A stretch of DNA of 64,000 nucleotides from Candidatus Iainarchaeum sp. (GTDB taxonomy: Archaea; B1Sed10-29; WALL01). Shown here piece after piece: positions 17,993-26,791 of the stretch. The stretch's first letter is position 1. Every line of letters starts with the position of its first letter. The notes beneath the pieces are model-generated. The model did not search any database. It had not been told where the DNA came from and saw only the letters and a list, made by a program, of their open reading frames with translations. A program made the position numbers and the translations under genes. The DNA lies in the NCBI GenBank assembly GCA_023129115.1, contig JAGMCR010000017.1:18689-82688 (forward strand). Reading direction: 5' to 3'.

Positions 17993-18777
17993 CCAAGTCA
18001 CTGAAGCTCGTCTCAATCCCGGAAAGCTCTTACAACATCGACAAGATAGTCGAAATCATCGAGAACGAAAAGTCCGAGCACCCCATGCTCGTGGTGCTGC
18101 CGGAGTATTTCCACACCAAGCAAAAGAGCAAGCTCAACGAGAGGGACAGGGAAACGAACAAAGCCCTGCGGATTGAGAACAGCATGGTCGTGGCAGACGA
18201 CCCCACGGTAAAGGCCAACATGGAAAAGCTCGTCAAGGCCGCGAGGGAAAACAACGCCCACATTTTTTTCTCAGGCACGGAGAGAATCGGGAAGCTGGGC
18301 TTCCCAACGTCTGGCTTCATCGTGGTCCCCTCCGAAAAAGAGCCGTCAGTCGCAGTCGTGAGGCGAAAAATCGTCGAGTCCGGAAACGAAGGCCCGAGGT
18401 CAATCAAGACCATCAGAATTGCGGGCTTCAACGTGCTGCCACTGATATGTGAGGACGTCCTCTCGCTCGACTGGGCCAAGAAGCCCCAAAAAATAAGAAA
18501 AGCGGACATAGTTGCGGTCTCCGCCCATAACTATTCGGCTGGGGGCTCCACGCGAACCAGCCTAGAAAAGGCCTACGCGGACGTCAAGAGGAACCTGAAG
18601 GTCACCGCTGGAGCAGCACTAGTGATGGCCGACAGCGCCACCCGCGCCACAAAGTCATTCATCCCATGGGGGAAGAAGAAGAGCCCTGACCCGGACGGCA
18701 TCTACGCCCCCGGAAAGAAGTCGGAGTGGAAGGAGCACAGGGGCGTCTCGTACTTCACCCACATCCACCGCAAATAG
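17989..18777 (+). CDS. carbon-nitrogen hydrolase (nitrilase superfamily) protein
   Basis: Catalytic triad context LPEYF (Glu), Lys and LPLICED (Cys). ATGA start-stop overlap with rfcL. The upstream Arg-rich part of ORF 17542-18777 was rejected. Confidence 0.7.
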   Translation: MTKSLKLVSIPESSYNIDKIVEIIENEKSEHPMLVVLPEYFHTKQKSKLNERDRETNKALRIENSMVVADDPTVKANMEKLVKAARENNAHIFFSGTERIGKLGFPTSGFIVVPSEKEPSVAVVRRKIVESGNEGPRSIKTIRIAGFNVLPLICEDVLSLDWAKKPQKIRKADIVAVSAHNYSAGGSTRTSLEKAYADVKRNLKVTAGAALVMADSATRATKSFIPWGKKKSPDPDGIYAPGKKSEWKEHRGVSYFTHIHRK

Positions 18778-18828
18778 GCGTTAGCTTTATAAGTCGCCCG
18801 TGTTTTGTAGTCTTTGAGGTGAACCTCC

Positions 18829-19533
18829 ATGGTATTAGATTTAGCTGTATTACAAACCAAATTGTTAGACGTAGTAATTAGCCTGGTCATCGGGTTAGGG
18901 TGGCTTGTCATAGGTTACGTTGTTGCAGTAATCTTGGAAACCGTCCTGAAGCGTGCCTTCACCCGCTCCGGGATGGATGAAAAGCTCACTGCACGAGGCA
19001 TGGGCGGAGCTCTAATAGGGCTCACGCTTAGTGGATTTATCACGGGAATCGTCAAGTGGACTGTATTCCTCATGTTCCTGGCAGCGTCCGTGAACGTAAT
19101 CGAGAAGGCACTCCTCGCGGTTAGCGGGGGAATCGCACAGCCAATCCTCGCCCCGTTCCTGTCAAACCTTGCCGGGTATATAGTGCCGTTCTTCCAGGGA
19201 ATCGTCATACTTATTGCCGGTTTCTTGCTGGCTGACTACCTGGCAAACGGAATCAGGACAGGCATGAAGACGCAAGCCAACGTTCTTGCAGCAGCCGTGA
19301 AAATAATTGTGATTTACTTCACGGTGACCATCGCGCTGAGCCACGAGGCATTCAACATCGACATTACCATCATAACGGATGTCTTCCAGTACCTCGTGAT
19401 GGCGGTTGCACTGGGCGTCGGCGGAGGCACGGCAATTGCCTTGGGCCTTGGCTTGAAGGACTCGGTTTCGCGCATTGCGAAGAAGCACGAGGCAAGCACA
19501 GAGCGGGCGCTCATGGGAAAAATCAAGAGGTAA
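18829..19533 (+). CDS. membrane protein with repeated conserved TM-helix motifs (MscS-associated TM_helix type)
   Basis: 234 aa, about six TM segments with an internally repeated pattern; a GCTTTATAAG TATA lies upstream. Confidence 0.5.
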   Translation: MVLDLAVLQTKLLDVVISLVIGLGWLVIGYVVAVILETVLKRAFTRSGMDEKLTARGMGGALIGLTLSGFITGIVKWTVFLMFLAASVNVIEKALLAVSGGIAQPILAPFLSNLAGYIVPFFQGIVILIAGFLLADYLANGIRTGMKTQANVLAAAVKIIVIYFTVTIALSHEAFNIDITIITDVFQYLVMAVALGVGGGTAIALGLGLKDSVSRIAKKHEASTERALMGKIKR

Positions 19534-21130
19534 GCGCCTCAAGACTGGCCTCGAAAGCCGCAACAGGCAAGTCCACCCCGAAGTTCGCGAGGGCTTCCGG
19601 GTGGATTTCGCCGACCACCCCTACTTCTTTTTTGTTCACAACAACAGCCGCGGACCTCCCCCCGAGGAATGACGGGTGCTTCACCGCCTTGAACGACGGC
19701 TCGTAACCCAGCGAAAGCAATAGCGACTCCACCAGCGACTTCGCCTCGGTAAAGTCCGCGCGCGCGTTGCACGACACCGCGGCCACTTTCTGCTCTTCCT
19801 TCAGTGACTTCCTGCTCTCCACCACGCGGCCAATGTCGAACAGCCTCTGCGGGTAGTCGTAGTGCTTGTTCTCCGACAAAATCTGGAGCAGCCCAGGCAG
19901 CAGCGAATTCCTCACCGCGTTATAATTAACATTGACGGGGTTCTTCGCCATCACCAGTTCCGCTGGCGCCCTCATCTTCGCGGGCGCCTCGGCAGGAGTC
20001 AAGTGGTAAGTGTTGCACTCCAGGAACCCGAACCCCGCAAGCGCCTCCGCCACCTTCCTCTCCACAATCGCCTCTCTCCCCTCGCCACCAATCGTGGAAA
20101 TCTGCGGAATCACGGGCTCGAAGTTCTCGTACCCGTAGGCAATCGCGATGTCCTCCACCAGGTCAATCGGGTGGAGCACGTCCGTCCGGTACGCCGGCAC
20201 CAATACGTCCTTCCCCTCAACGCCGTACCTCATCTTCTCGAGCAATTTCTTCGCCTGCCCCCAATCCAGGCTAAGCCCAAGCAAGGAATTGCAGTAGCCC
20301 AGGTCAAGCCGCATCTTCCGCGGCTCCATGTTCGGCGTCGCCGAGTCCCCGAACTGTACCAGGTATGCCTCCCCGCCCGCGTCAGCGAGCTGCGCCACGA
20401 TTATGTGCAGCGCCTGCTCGACCACGCGCCTGTTCAGGCCGGTCACGTCAATGAGCACTCCCTTCGTGTCAGGGGTAACCGCTGTCTCGGCGCTGTTGAT
20501 GATGGGCGGCAGCGAAAGCACCTGCCCCCTCGCGTCAATCCAAATCGGGTAAAGGTTCGTCCCCGCCAGCAAGTGCGCGTAGTCCTTGCCCTTGGGGTGC
20601 TCCCGGAGTATCTCGCTGACGGTCATTTCCCTCCGGTACTCCAGCGGCACGAACTTGAAGTCGCCGCGCACGGTTGTGTACTTCACCGGGAACTCAATAG
20701 CGTCCAGGTCATAAACCCCAATCGAGGCGAGCTTCCTGTTGCGCGAGTGTGTCGTGTGCAGCTTTTCCTGCATCTGCATCAAGGAAACCAAGGTCTCCTC
20801 GTCAATCGAGACTCCCTTCACCACCGCAGCCACAACGTGCTCGCGCACGCCCGCCACCGACTTGTCCACGACCGCGGCATATCCCGCGCTGTCCACTTTG
20901 TACTTCGCGAGCCCGGTCTCAATCCCGAGGAACCCGCGCAGCGCGCGGGCCAACCCCTCTTCCGACAGCAGGTCCGGCCGGTTCGGGAAGGCCTCGATGG
21001 TCCACGTGTCGCCGTCCATCTTCTCGACGACCGCACCCATCATGGCGATGCGGTCGGCTAGCTTCTCGTCACTAATCGGCCTGCCAATCCTCTTCACGAG
21101 CTTGTCCTTGCTTACCTCGAAAGTCGGCAT
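19523..21130 (-). CDS. pheT: phenylalanine--tRNA ligase beta subunit (archaeal type)
   Basis: 535 aa with the archaeal PheT architecture; its stop abuts the pheS stop-start junction. Confidence 0.9.
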   Translation of the reverse strand: MPTFEVSKDKLVKRIGRPISDEKLADRIAMMGAVVEKMDGDTWTIEAFPNRPDLLSEEGLARALRGFLGIETGLAKYKVDSAGYAAVVDKSVAGVREHVVAAVVKGVSIDEETLVSLMQMQEKLHTTHSRNRKLASIGVYDLDAIEFPVKYTTVRGDFKFVPLEYRREMTVSEILREHPKGKDYAHLLAGTNLYPIWIDARGQVLSLPPIINSAETAVTPDTKGVLIDVTGLNRRVVEQALHIIVAQLADAGGEAYLVQFGDSATPNMEPRKMRLDLGYCNSLLGLSLDWGQAKKLLEKMRYGVEGKDVLVPAYRTDVLHPIDLVEDIAIAYGYENFEPVIPQISTIGGEGREAIVERKVAEALAGFGFLECNTYHLTPAEAPAKMRAPAELVMAKNPVNVNYNAVRNSLLPGLLQILSENKHYDYPQRLFDIGRVVESRKSLKEEQKVAAVSCNARADFTEAKSLVESLLLSLGYEPSFKAVKHPSFLGGRSAAVVVNKKEVGVVGEIHPEALANFGVDLPVAAFEASLEALTS

Positions 21131-22614
21131 TATCCCTTCATCCAGTGCTTGATTGTCCGCAGCTGCTGCACGTCGTTCTTGTACAGCTCGCGGATGTCAT
21201 TAATTGCGTAATAGTCCATGATTATCCTGTCGAAGCCCGGCCCCCACGCAAGAACCGGAATGTCCTCGCCAAGCAGCGGCTCGACCACTTCGGGCCTGAA
21301 GATTCCCGCGCCGCCCAATTCAATCCACTCCCCCTTTGGGTGCAGCACGTCAATCTCGATGCTCATCTCAGTGTACGGGAAATAAGCCGGCCTGAACCGC
21401 GCCTCCGCAAACCCCAATTTTCCGAAGAACTGCTTCAAATAGCCAAGCAAGTTCTTGAAGTTCACGTCCGGGTCCACCACGATGCCCTCTACTTGGTTGA
21501 ACTCGAACAGGTGCGCCCAGTCCAGCGCCTCGTTCCTGAAGCACCGGCCCACAGAAAAGAATTTCGCGGGGAAATCATCATTCTTCAGCGCGGCAATCGT
21601 CCGCGCGCTCAGCACCGTGGTGTGCGTCCGCAGCACCCTCTTCTTCGCCACGTCCGGGCTCCACGCGTAGTCCCATCCAATCGAGTCGCGGATTCCGATT
21701 TCGTGCGCCTCGCGAACCCGCTCCACGAGCGCGTTGTCCGGGAGGCTCCCCGCCTCCGGGTCGACGAAGAAAGTGTCCTGCATCTCGCGCACCGGGTGCT
21801 CCTGCGAAGTGAACAATGCGTCGAAGTTCCAGAACGAAGTGTTAATCAGCGGCCCCTCCATCTCCTTGAAGCCCATCTCGAGCCACACCTTGCGGACATA
21901 GTCGGTCGCCTGCTTCACGAAGTGCCGCCTGCCGGGGTAAATCCTTGGCACCACTGCCCCGACCTCGTACGGCCTGAACTTTGTCTTTTTCCAGGAGCCG
22001 TCCCGAATCATCTTCGGCGTCAGCAGGTTGGCCTCGGCGTTCAGCTTAAGCCCTTTTTTCACGAGCTTCTTCGCCTCCGCCGTGGGACTAATCGTCCTCT
22101 CGGCCTGCTCGGTCACTTTTATCAGGCCGCCCCTGGACCCAAGCATCTTCACGGCTTCTGCCGGGACTTTCTTGCCCTTCGCAATGTCGGCAAGCGCGTC
22201 CTCGTCAGAAGTCTTTTTCTTCAGCGCCTTTTTGCCGTGCTCGGTGAGCTTGAGCTCGCCGCCCGCTGCCGTGGCGAGCCTTTTCTTCGTGAGCCAGGTC
22301 ATGGCAATCCCGAACTTTTTTTCGCCGAGCTTTTTCTTGAGTTCGGCCATGCTTGCCTTGCCAGCCTTGAACAGCTTCAGTGCCTGCCGCTCGGGCAGGC
22401 CTTCTTTGAGGTATTCCTCCCCTTCCTTGCCGAGCGCGACTTTTTCTGTCTTTTTCTCGTCAATCCTGACGAGGCCCTTGGACAGCAGCCACAGCGACGC
22501 GTGCGACACGCTGTCGCTCTTGAGGCCTGCCGCCTTCGCCAGCTCTTCCTGGCCCATCGGCTTCTTCAGCGCAACCAGAATGGCTTTCTCGTGCTCGTGA
22601 AGTGAGTAGCCCAT
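21130..22614 (-). CDS. pheS: phenylalanine--tRNA ligase alpha subunit
   Basis: Class II motifs (FRNEALDWAHLFEFNQVEG, GAGIFRPEV) and an N-terminal winged-helix extension typical of archaeal PheS. Confidence 0.9.
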   Translation of the reverse strand: MGYSLHEHEKAILVALKKPMGQEELAKAAGLKSDSVSHASLWLLSKGLVRIDEKKTEKVALGKEGEEYLKEGLPERQALKLFKAGKASMAELKKKLGEKKFGIAMTWLTKKRLATAAGGELKLTEHGKKALKKKTSDEDALADIAKGKKVPAEAVKMLGSRGGLIKVTEQAERTISPTAEAKKLVKKGLKLNAEANLLTPKMIRDGSWKKTKFRPYEVGAVVPRIYPGRRHFVKQATDYVRKVWLEMGFKEMEGPLINTSFWNFDALFTSQEHPVREMQDTFFVDPEAGSLPDNALVERVREAHEIGIRDSIGWDYAWSPDVAKKRVLRTHTTVLSARTIAALKNDDFPAKFFSVGRCFRNEALDWAHLFEFNQVEGIVVDPDVNFKNLLGYLKQFFGKLGFAEARFRPAYFPYTEMSIEIDVLHPKGEWIELGGAGIFRPEVVEPLLGEDIPVLAWGPGFDRIIMDYYAINDIRELYKNDVQQLRTIKHWMKG

Positions 22615-22653
22615 AAGGTAGGTTCTTATAGCCGTCGTCCATTAATATGCTTT

Positions 22654-22992
22654 ATGCCGGTGCTTGACGCCGCAGCAATCATAAACGCCAAGCTGGCGGA
22701 AGGCGTGACAGTGCCCGAAGTCCTTGGCGAGCTCAAGGACTTCGAGTCCAGGGAACTCGCACAGGCAATGGTCTCCGAAGGAAGGCTGAAAGTCCTCTCC
22801 CCATCCAAAGACTCCGTCGATGCCGTGCGCGACGCGGCGTCCCCCCGCCTCTCGGAGACAGACCTGCAGGTCCTCGCGCTTGGGTTCGAGCTAAAAGAAG
22901 AAATAGTCACCGACGACTATTCGCTCCAGGCCTCGGCCAAGCGGCTCGGGCTGAAGTTCCGCCCCGTAATCTTCGAGGGAATCACTCACTGA
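22654..22992 (+). CDS. small PIN-domain-like protein
   Basis: 112 aa; acidic residues in a D...E...D arrangement (LDAAAI...SETDLQVLALG...TDDYS). The fold assignment is tentative. Confidence 0.4.
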   Translation: MPVLDAAAIINAKLAEGVTVPEVLGELKDFESRELAQAMVSEGRLKVLSPSKDSVDAVRDAASPRLSETDLQVLALGFELKEEIVTDDYSLQASAKRLGLKFRPVIFEGITH

Positions 22993-23770
22993 ACTCTTCC
23001 TCTAGCACGGGCTCGCCCATGAACGACTCGCTCAGCAGAATGCCGATTTCCTTGCGGTACCACACCACCATGGCGAGCAAAATCAATCCCGCAATCATGT
23101 AGACGGGGTTGCCGTACTTCTCCCGGATTTCGCTGGTTATGCTGCGGAGCGAGAGCTGGCTCTGCAGCGGAATCTCTTTCTCGTACAATACCCGGAACTT
23201 GCCGCTAGTGAACGGCTTCTTGTAGTTCCACTCGTAGTAAGTCACTTTCTGGCCGCTGGCGTCGAGCCCCGGCGCAGTGGAATAGGCCGGCGGCGTGACC
23301 TCTCTCGCGAGCCGCAGCGTGATTGGCATCCCGATTTTGAGCGTCGTCGGTGGGTCGTACGGCAGCGAAATCGTGCTGCCGTCAAAGAAAGTGAACGCGT
23401 TTTCGGTGATTCCCGTCAATTCCTGCTTCCCGACTTTCTCGACGGCCTCTACAACCTCGGGCACGGTGTACTGCAGCACCACGACGCCGAAGTCGGACTG
23501 TGTCAATTCCATCACGACGTTCTCGTCAGTGGTCTCGTAAGTAATCACTTTCGAAATCCCGTACGCGCCGAGGTCCGGGAAGCTCGCGCCGTCCTTCACG
23601 AGCGCCTCGAACTCCTTTCCCTCGCCGCTGTCCAGCCGCAGGAAATACTCCTGCTCAACGTAGGCAGACCCGTCCTCGTGCAGGCCTATCCTGATCTCGT
23701 GGTCAATCACCTGCGCGGCTAGGCAAGTCGAAATAATCAGCAGCAAGGCAAGCACGCGCTTCATTGCCAT
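22982..23770 (-). CDS. secreted, C-terminally membrane-anchored hypothetical protein
   Basis: N-terminal signal peptide MAMKRVLALLLIISTCLAAQ and a C-terminal TM helix with a basic stop-transfer sequence. Confidence 0.5.
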   Translation of the reverse strand: MAMKRVLALLLIISTCLAAQVIDHEIRIGLHEDGSAYVEQEYFLRLDSGEGKEFEALVKDGASFPDLGAYGISKVITYETTDENVVMELTQSDFGVVVLQYTVPEVVEAVEKVGKQELTGITENAFTFFDGSTISLPYDPPTTLKIGMPITLRLAREVTPPAYSTAPGLDASGQKVTYYEWNYKKPFTSGKFRVLYEKEIPLQSQLSLRSITSEIREKYGNPVYMIAGLILLAMVVWYRKEIGILLSESFMGEPVLEEEFSE

Positions 23771-23832
23771 AAATAGCGGTATTGTTGTATTTATGGGTAT
23801 GGCTTTTATTGTTGTAACCCCTAACTATCGCT

Positions 23833-24441
23833 GTGGTCGAGAAAGTCGAGAAACGAAGGGAGATAACGTCGCTGTACAGGCGGATTGGCCAGCACGGAAA
23901 AATAACCCATTTGCAGAAGGCCCTGGAGGAAGCCAAGCCGGAAAGGGAGCTGGCTTTCCTCAAGTTCGTCGACAAGCACGTTGGCACAATTCCCGAGGAC
24001 CACAAGCCGACCATCTGCTTTCACGGCCTTGCAAAGCCCCTGTTAACACTCGAAAAAGACGAGGACTTTGACGCCGTGTTATTTTTGGTCGGCAAGCAGC
24101 TTTCCTCGTTTCCCGGGGACAGGAAAATTGATGTAATCTATGGCCTCGAACCCATGGTCGGCCAGTTGTCCAAGTTCCAAAAAACTGGGAGAGTCTCTCG
24201 CATGGTGCGCTTCTTGAACACGCATTTGCAGTCCATACCCCAAGAAAACAAGGAGAGGGTGCTGCAAACCACGCCCCACACAATTAATTCCTTTATGCGG
24301 CTGGACGAGGACCTCTTCCCCACGGCTTTGGGCATAGCCGACAAGCACTTTGCCTCTGTCCCAGACCGCAACAAGGCGTCCGTCTTCACGAGCGACTTAC
24401 CAAAGATATGCGATATGCTTTACGGCCTCTACAGAAAATGA
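23833..24441 (+). CDS. hypothetical protein (GTG start)
   Basis: 202 aa; no family recognised. Confidence 0.45.
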   Translation: MVEKVEKRREITSLYRRIGQHGKITHLQKALEEAKPERELAFLKFVDKHVGTIPEDHKPTICFHGLAKPLLTLEKDEDFDAVLFLVGKQLSSFPGDRKIDVIYGLEPMVGQLSKFQKTGRVSRMVRFLNTHLQSIPQENKERVLQTTPHTINSFMRLDEDLFPTALGIADKHFASVPDRNKASVFTSDLPKICDMLYGLYRK

Positions 24442-24450
24442 CGCGCCAGC

Positions 24451-24849
24451 TTATTCCCGCACCCTCTTCCACACTGCTTCAAGCAGCATCGCGAGCAAGT
24501 AAAAATACGTGGTGAACCAGAACAGGGACCACGCCCAGAAGCCCAATATGGACAATACGTCTCCGTGTATCGCCCCGGCGAAAATCACTATCCCAACTGC
24601 CATTAGCAGGCTCGGCGGCGCGTAAAGCGGGAACGTCACAAAGGAATAGGCCTCCTCCACCGCTTGGTACGCAAAGTACGCTTCCGAGTACTCGGCGAAC
24701 GCTTCATCACACGCAGGGTTTTTTTCGTAAAAGCTGCGCTGGCACTGTGGCTCTGTGGGCCGCAGCAGCATTGGCCCCGCGAATACAACCAAAAGCATTG
24801 CCGCCACGAGCAGCAGCCTCGTTTTGTTCGGTCGCCAGTTAATTTTCAT
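24451..24849 (-). CDS. hypothetical membrane protein
   Basis: 132 aa with four TM segments; its start overlaps the stop of the downstream gene (ATGA). Confidence 0.45.
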   Translation of the reverse strand: MKINWRPNKTRLLLVAAMLLVVFAGPMLLRPTEPQCQRSFYEKNPACDEAFAEYSEAYFAYQAVEEAYSFVTFPLYAPPSLLMAVGIVIFAGAIHGDVLSILGFWAWSLFWFTTYFYLLAMLLEAVWKRVRE

Positions 24850-25619
24850 ATCTCTATCTTCATAAACTCGTGTATTACTTTGGTGATATTGGACAAGGTT
24901 TCCCTGTAGTCCTCTTTCGTGAGGCGTGTGTAGTCCTTTTTTCTCTCGCTTCCCTTCTCAGTCACGTAAGAAACTGTGACACTTGGCACTCTTATGAGAT
25001 GGGCTGACGCCACGAGACATGCAGTCTCATAATCCCCATAAACACTTGGCCCTTCATTCTCTGCGAAGGAATCCCAGAGTTCATCCCACAATTCAAACGG
25101 GTGCTCCTTGAACCTCCCTGGCTTGAGTCCGTAGCGGCTGTAGACCTCGCCACCATGGACCTTCAAGCCCATGCCTCTCGCCACCTGTTTCATCTTCTCG
25201 GAAAGGCCTTCATCAAACAACTCCGGGTTGCCCGGCACGTTGTTGTCCCTGCAAATCCCACAAAGCTCTATGAAGCTCGGGTCGTCTGAATAGGCTCTCG
25301 ACGGCACAACTAAATCGCCAGGTTCTGCTTCTGAACTGCATGTGGCTTGGCAACACCCAAAATAGACAATGAACGGCTTTCCGTCAAATTCTATCAAGTC
25401 GTCATAAACCAGCGATACTCCTAAAGCCTGGTTGTATCCATAGCCACCAAAAAGCGCAAACAGCTTTTTTCCGTTCACTTCAGTTTCATAGAACAAGTCA
25501 GCAAAATTCTTGTGCACGAATTTTTTCTTCATCGCGGCTGCTGGTTCCCCGAAGTCGAACTCTTTCATTAATGTTTCCACCGCCAGCTTATCAGTCCTGG
25601 CAGTCATTATGACCGGCAT
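24846..25619 (-). CDS. nucleoside phosphorylase family protein (PNP/UDP/MTAP fold)
   Basis: GDYETACLVASAHLIRVPSVTVSYVTE resembles the E-x-E...ISD C-terminal signature of PNP_UDP_1. The C-terminus ...HEFMKIEI is shared with the RNase Z end repeats. Confidence 0.5.
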   Translation of the reverse strand: MPVIMTARTDKLAVETLMKEFDFGEPAAAMKKKFVHKNFADLFYETEVNGKKLFALFGGYGYNQALGVSLVYDDLIEFDGKPFIVYFGCCQATCSSEAEPGDLVVPSRAYSDDPSFIELCGICRDNNVPGNPELFDEGLSEKMKQVARGMGLKVHGGEVYSRYGLKPGRFKEHPFELWDELWDSFAENEGPSVYGDYETACLVASAHLIRVPSVTVSYVTEKGSERKKDYTRLTKEDYRETLSNITKVIHEFMKIEI

Positions 25620-25623
25620 ACAA

Positions 25624-25849
25624 TCAAATCTCTATCTTCATAAAGTCCTTCGCGACAATAACATTGTCAAACAGCTGGATCTCAGCTGGCACGATAGACT
25701 TGGGGGGTGCCATTCGGCACCCCCCAGAGGCAGGCATCAAATCTCCAGCCTCATAAAGTCCTTCGCGACAATAACATTGTCAAACAGCTGAATCTCAGCT
25801 GGCACGATAGACTTGGGGGGTGCCATTCGGCACCCCCCAGAGGCAGGCA
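25624..25849. repeat. two tandem 113-bp direct repeats, each comprising the last ~17 codons plus stop of the RNase Z gene and a 61-nt segment with a perfect hairpin (GGGGGGTGCC-ATTC-GGCACCCCCC)
   Basis: Copies at 25624-25736 and 25737-25849 are near-identical; the third, original copy is the rnz 3' end at 25850-25905. Hairpins at 25702-25725 and 25815-25838. Confidence 0.85.
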
Positions 25850-26752
25850 TCAGATTTCCAGCCTCATAAAGTCCTTCGCGACTATGACGTTATCAAACTC
25901 TTTCTTCGCGTCCTGCAGCAATTTGTCCAATTCCTCTTCCTTGTACCTCGTCGAGAAGTGCGTGAGCACCAATTGCCTCACGTTCGCCTGGCGAGCGACC
26001 TCGCCCGCGTCCCGCGCGGTCGAGTGCGTGGCGTCCCTCGCGCGGTCACTGGCGTCCTGAGCAAAAGTCGAGTCGTGCACCAGCAAGTCCGCGCCCTCCG
26101 CAGCCTTTATCGTGGAGTCACACATCTCGGTGTCGCCCGTGTAAACAAACTTGATTCCCTTTTCCCGCGTCACGTAGTCCGCCGGCTTCAATTTCTTGCC
26201 CTTCCACTCCACGGTCTTGCCGGCCTTCAAGTCCCCGTACAATGGCCCCGGATTAAGCCCAATCTTCCGCAGCTTTTTCTCGTCCGCGTGCAGCCGCTCC
26301 TTCTCCTGGAACACGTAGCCGAAGCCCGGCCGCGAGTGCTTTGTTGGAAACGCGGACACGGTGAACTCGGGCTCGTCGACAACCACTCCTTCCTTGACCT
26401 CCTCGACCACGAGCTCGAACGTCTTTTTGCCCTGCTCCACCAGCCGCATCACGTCCTCGACCAGCGTCTTGATGCCCTTTGGGCCGTAGATATAGAGCGG
26501 CTCCGTCCTCTCGCGCCAATAATTGGACTGGATAAACCCAATGAGCCCAAAGTAGTGGTCGCCGTGGAAGTGCGTGATGAACACGCGGCTAATCTTCATG
26601 GGGCTGAGCTTGGCAATCGCGAGCTGGCGCTGCGTGTTTTCCCCGCAGTCGAACAAGAACCTGTGCTCGTTGTACTGGAAATGGATTCCGGGGTGGTTCC
26701 GGTCCGGCATCGGGATTCCGCAGCTAGTGCCAAGGAATACGACTTCTGCCAT
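25850..26752 (-). CDS. rnz: ribonuclease Z (tRNA 3' endonuclease, metallo-beta-lactamase fold)
   Basis: HFHGDH motif, about 300 aa as in archaeal RNase Z, C-terminal ...HFSTRY. Confidence 0.85.
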   Translation of the reverse strand: MAEVVFLGTSCGIPMPDRNHPGIHFQYNEHRFLFDCGENTQRQLAIAKLSPMKISRVFITHFHGDHYFGLIGFIQSNYWRERTEPLYIYGPKGIKTLVEDVMRLVEQGKKTFELVVEEVKEGVVVDEPEFTVSAFPTKHSRPGFGYVFQEKERLHADEKKLRKIGLNPGPLYGDLKAGKTVEWKGKKLKPADYVTREKGIKFVYTGDTEMCDSTIKAAEGADLLVHDSTFAQDASDRARDATHSTARDAGEVARQANVRQLVLTHFSTRYKEEELDKLLQDAKKEFDNVIVAKDFMRLEI

Positions 26753-26791
26753 ACGATAGCTATTTATTAACTGTGTATTTAACTATGCACC

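Noticed and set aside
19862-22605. Long + strand ORFs antisense to pheT and pheS
   Set aside because: The aminoacyl-tRNA synthetase assignments on the minus strand are secure, and the antisense translations are Arg/Pro/His-rich.
25620-25850. Possible CRISPR array
   Set aside because: Only two to three units with a 113-bp period, nearly identical throughout with no unique spacers, and the unit is derived from the rnz coding end. It is not a CRISPR array.
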